DNA of 64,000 nucleotides from Macrostomum lignano. Its lineage: Eukaryota. A model generated the notes under the pieces. It searched no databases and was not told the DNA's origin. It saw nothing but the letters and a program-made list of their open reading frames with translations. The DNA lies in NCBI GenBank assembly GCA_002269645.1, contig NIVC01000083.1, positions 530,101-594,100 of the forward strand, in the 5' to 3' direction. A program made the position numbers and the translations under genes. Below are positions 61,085 to 64,000 of this stretch, piece after piece. How positions within the stretch are numbered: position 1 is the first letter of the stretch; every line of letters starts with the position of its first letter.

Positions 61085-64000
61085 CAACTGATAGGCTATT
61101 AGGCTATTATTCAAATAGCCTATCTATAGCCTATCTATATTTGATAGTAGGTAGGTATTCATAGCCATAGGTTAATTACCGTTAATAATCGACTAATTGT
61201 AGACTTATTACCATGATGAAAAAAACAAAACGTCATTTTAATACTTTTAAGAATACTTTAAGTAGCCATTTAAACGATTTATTCAATTAAAAAATATAAT
61301 ATAGCTAAAAGCGCTTGACAAAAAATTAGGCCCAGCATTATGTTATGAGAAAAAAACTTACAAGACAGAGCTGTTAAAAGTAGTCTTGGAAACCAGAGAG
61401 TTTAAGTTTTTTGTCTAATTTAACAAATTAGGTTTCAATTTAATAAGCTCCAAAAGGTAAAAATGAACATATATAGAAGCTCAAATAAAAATTATTCCGT
61501 AATTTACACCAATTTTAAAATACTTCTACAGCAATTGGTCAGTAATTTTTGACCTATTTAAACTGTGCCAGATTGTTCAAAACAAACGTTGATGAGATTT
61601 TTTAGTTTGAGTCTAAAATTGCCTGTTTCTTTGAAACTTGACGTAATAATTAATTGAAATGTCGTAGCAATAATAAGCCAAGTATGTCAACTAGTCATTT
61701 TCAGTCTAAATTCTAATCGAATACTTTTAGCTCAGTAATTAATTTCTTAGCAGGGGCCTAGGCAGACTCGCAAATTTTAGTTAGAAGTCAGACAATAAAA
61801 ATTGTCTACCTTTATTTTACCGTCTGGCGTCCATTACGGTATTAGGTTTACCTACCTTGTATTTTTAATTCTTAAGTTTTAAAAAAGAGCCTTGACTGTG
61901 TTTTACTTAGATTTTTAAGTACCAAATAAAACTGATTAACAAACAAGCGAATTGTGCTGGCTAGGCTAGGCATGCAACTTACTTAGGCCTAGTGTAAGTA
62001 TTAAACACAATTTGATTTTGACTTAGGCCCTAGTTAGTCCTACTCCTAGTTTTGCAACTAACCCAACAAAAAATGAAACAAATCTTTAGTTTAATTTTGT
62101 TAAAAAATCTTTTTTAATTTAGCATAGACCTAGGGCCTATGTTTTTTTATTTAAACCCAATTTGTTAGGCCTATATTATCATTATGCTAGGCCTAATTTC
62201 TATTAATTTAATGGCTTTGTATTGCATTTTAAACCCATAAAAATGAAGTCTGTCAAAATTTTTATTTTCATTTTTCAAATTACTAATGGATAAATTTAGT
62301 ATTGGTTGGTGGCCACACTCCTGGATCATGTAGTATACTCCCAACAATTTGGGCATATATTGGCAATGAATTCCAAAAATAAGTATGCACAGTTGGCATG
62401 CATCACTTCTAAAAAGGTGTGCATGCATATTTGGTATACATTTTATAGAATCACAGGAAAGAGTTATTGTAAAATAAAAAATATAAAAAAGTTCATTTTT
62501 AAGCATAAATTTCAAGCTTTCCTGGTTTCTTTAACTTGTGATAAAGTATTTAAACAAATATTTGCATGCATCAGTTTTCCACTGTAAATAGTATAGCCAA
62601 AAAAGCAGAAAAATTAACCAAATTACTTGCCAAAAAGGGTCTATTATGCAACTCAAAAATGTTGTTTATTGTCACAATATAAAGTCTTTTATTAACGCAA
62701 CACTAGCATAGCATAGTTCTGAGAATAAGCATTACTCAATTTTTTAGTGTGCATTTGTAATTGTTCAATTTTTGTTTGAGCATGCACCTAGCATGATCTG
62801 GACTTTGGTTAGTAGTTGGTATTTCTGCTTGCTTTGTTAGTAATGGCTAATTGTTAATATCTTTTATATTAAATAAAAGAAACTAAATAGGTCTATTCTT
62901 AATAGAGTCAGTTTAAAGCTTTCAAAACTTTACATTTTATATGCATTAATACTTCTTTTTTATACTTTACTATCTTATATTTGGTAGATAAACTAAAGTA
63001 TATGATGTCTTCTTATATCTAAAGCTGAGTAGATTGATCAATCGACCGGCGGGTTTAACGCGTATCCTCCTAAACTGCTGGCAACTCAAATGCGGGACTT
63101 ATATATATCAATGCAGAATTTTCCTATGCAACAAATAGGCTATTCTAATGTTGAAATTTTCTAAATTAAGTCTGCTAAAAAAGCAGAAAACTGTTTTCTT
63201 AACCTTCTTTAGCCACTTTTTCTGCTTTGAACTGAAAATTTTCATCAGTTTTGAGTGATTGCGCCACAACTTTTTCCTATCTTGGCAGTGTATTTTCTCT
63301 CCAGTGGGGGGATGGGGGCATTCTAAGTGGCTGCGTGTGTACACTTGGACCTTTGCTAACTGGCGAGCAGTGAAATTCAATGCATGAACTTGCAAGCCTC
63401 TCACTGTAGCAGGCAATGAATGTACGCTAAAAAATTCAATGCTTTAAACTATAAAATTTCAAACACAAACTGTTCCTTGAGTTTTGAACTTTGAAAGAAG
63501 AGACTTATATTGTTGGAAAGATCTTTCGATGCTGATATAAGTTGTTTGCTTAAAGTATGAAAACTAAAAGCACAGCATTCAAAAAACGATTTTCAAGCTT
63601 TTAACTTTCTGCAGATTGTACTTATTTTTGTGAGACGCAATAGATAAATTTGGGGCTTCAATTTCTAACTGCCGCTGTGTATTGGAGGGTTGATTTATAT
63701 TGCGCAATCATTTTGTTAACTTTAATTGAGACTGATACTAACTGACTGAAAAGTCAATTTCGCAATTAATTTGTTCAATTGGTTCAATTTTTTATTATTG
63801 GCGCCTTTCAACAGGAAGCACTGTGCAGCTCTAACCCTAACCCTAACCACTAAATCCTTTTCTTTGCATATATTTAAGCCAATCAATTAGAAAGCCTTTT
63901 TAATACACTCCAATTTAACAGAGTCTGTTGATTAAATTGATGGATTTTTGCTTGAAGGAGATAATCTTGATAGATATTTGTTAACAAAGTGAATTTTGAT

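Noticed and set aside
63830-63850. TAACCCTAACCCTAACC telomere-like repeat
   Set aside because: Only 2-3 units, internal, and such short runs are common in repeat fragments.

Overview
Eukaryotic (animal) genomic DNA with GC/CpG-rich spliced exons embedded in AT-rich, minisatellite-packed introns. The style resembles a flatworm such as Macrostomum (inference only). By joining GT-AG exons in consistent phase I can build seven genes. On the + strand: a DAAM-type formin (9 exons, 1835-14942, start codon not found), a small secreted fibrinogen-related protein (19211-20057), a single-exon 358-aa disordered protein (29808-30884) and the OTU deubiquitinase TRABID/ZRANB1 (32780-37016). On the - strand: an ankyrin-repeat/caspase fusion (42546-46255), COQ4 (48902-51204) and CEP104 (53365-58934). 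Mobile DNA includes a 5'-truncated RTE-like LINE with a 10-bp TSD, a decayed APE-RT LINE, a 2.8-kb non-autonomous TIR element inside an LTR-like sequence, MITE-like inverted repeats and a tRNA-derived SINE-like element. The top candidate for a new system is the 652-aa protein with about 8-9 ankyrin repeats fused in frame to a catalytically intact caspase, with a duplicated first exon. Other notable points are a formin lacking the FH2 GNYMN motif and one lasso Trp, and a CEP104 that stops before its zinc-finger array. All gene models were assembled by eye; no database searches were run.
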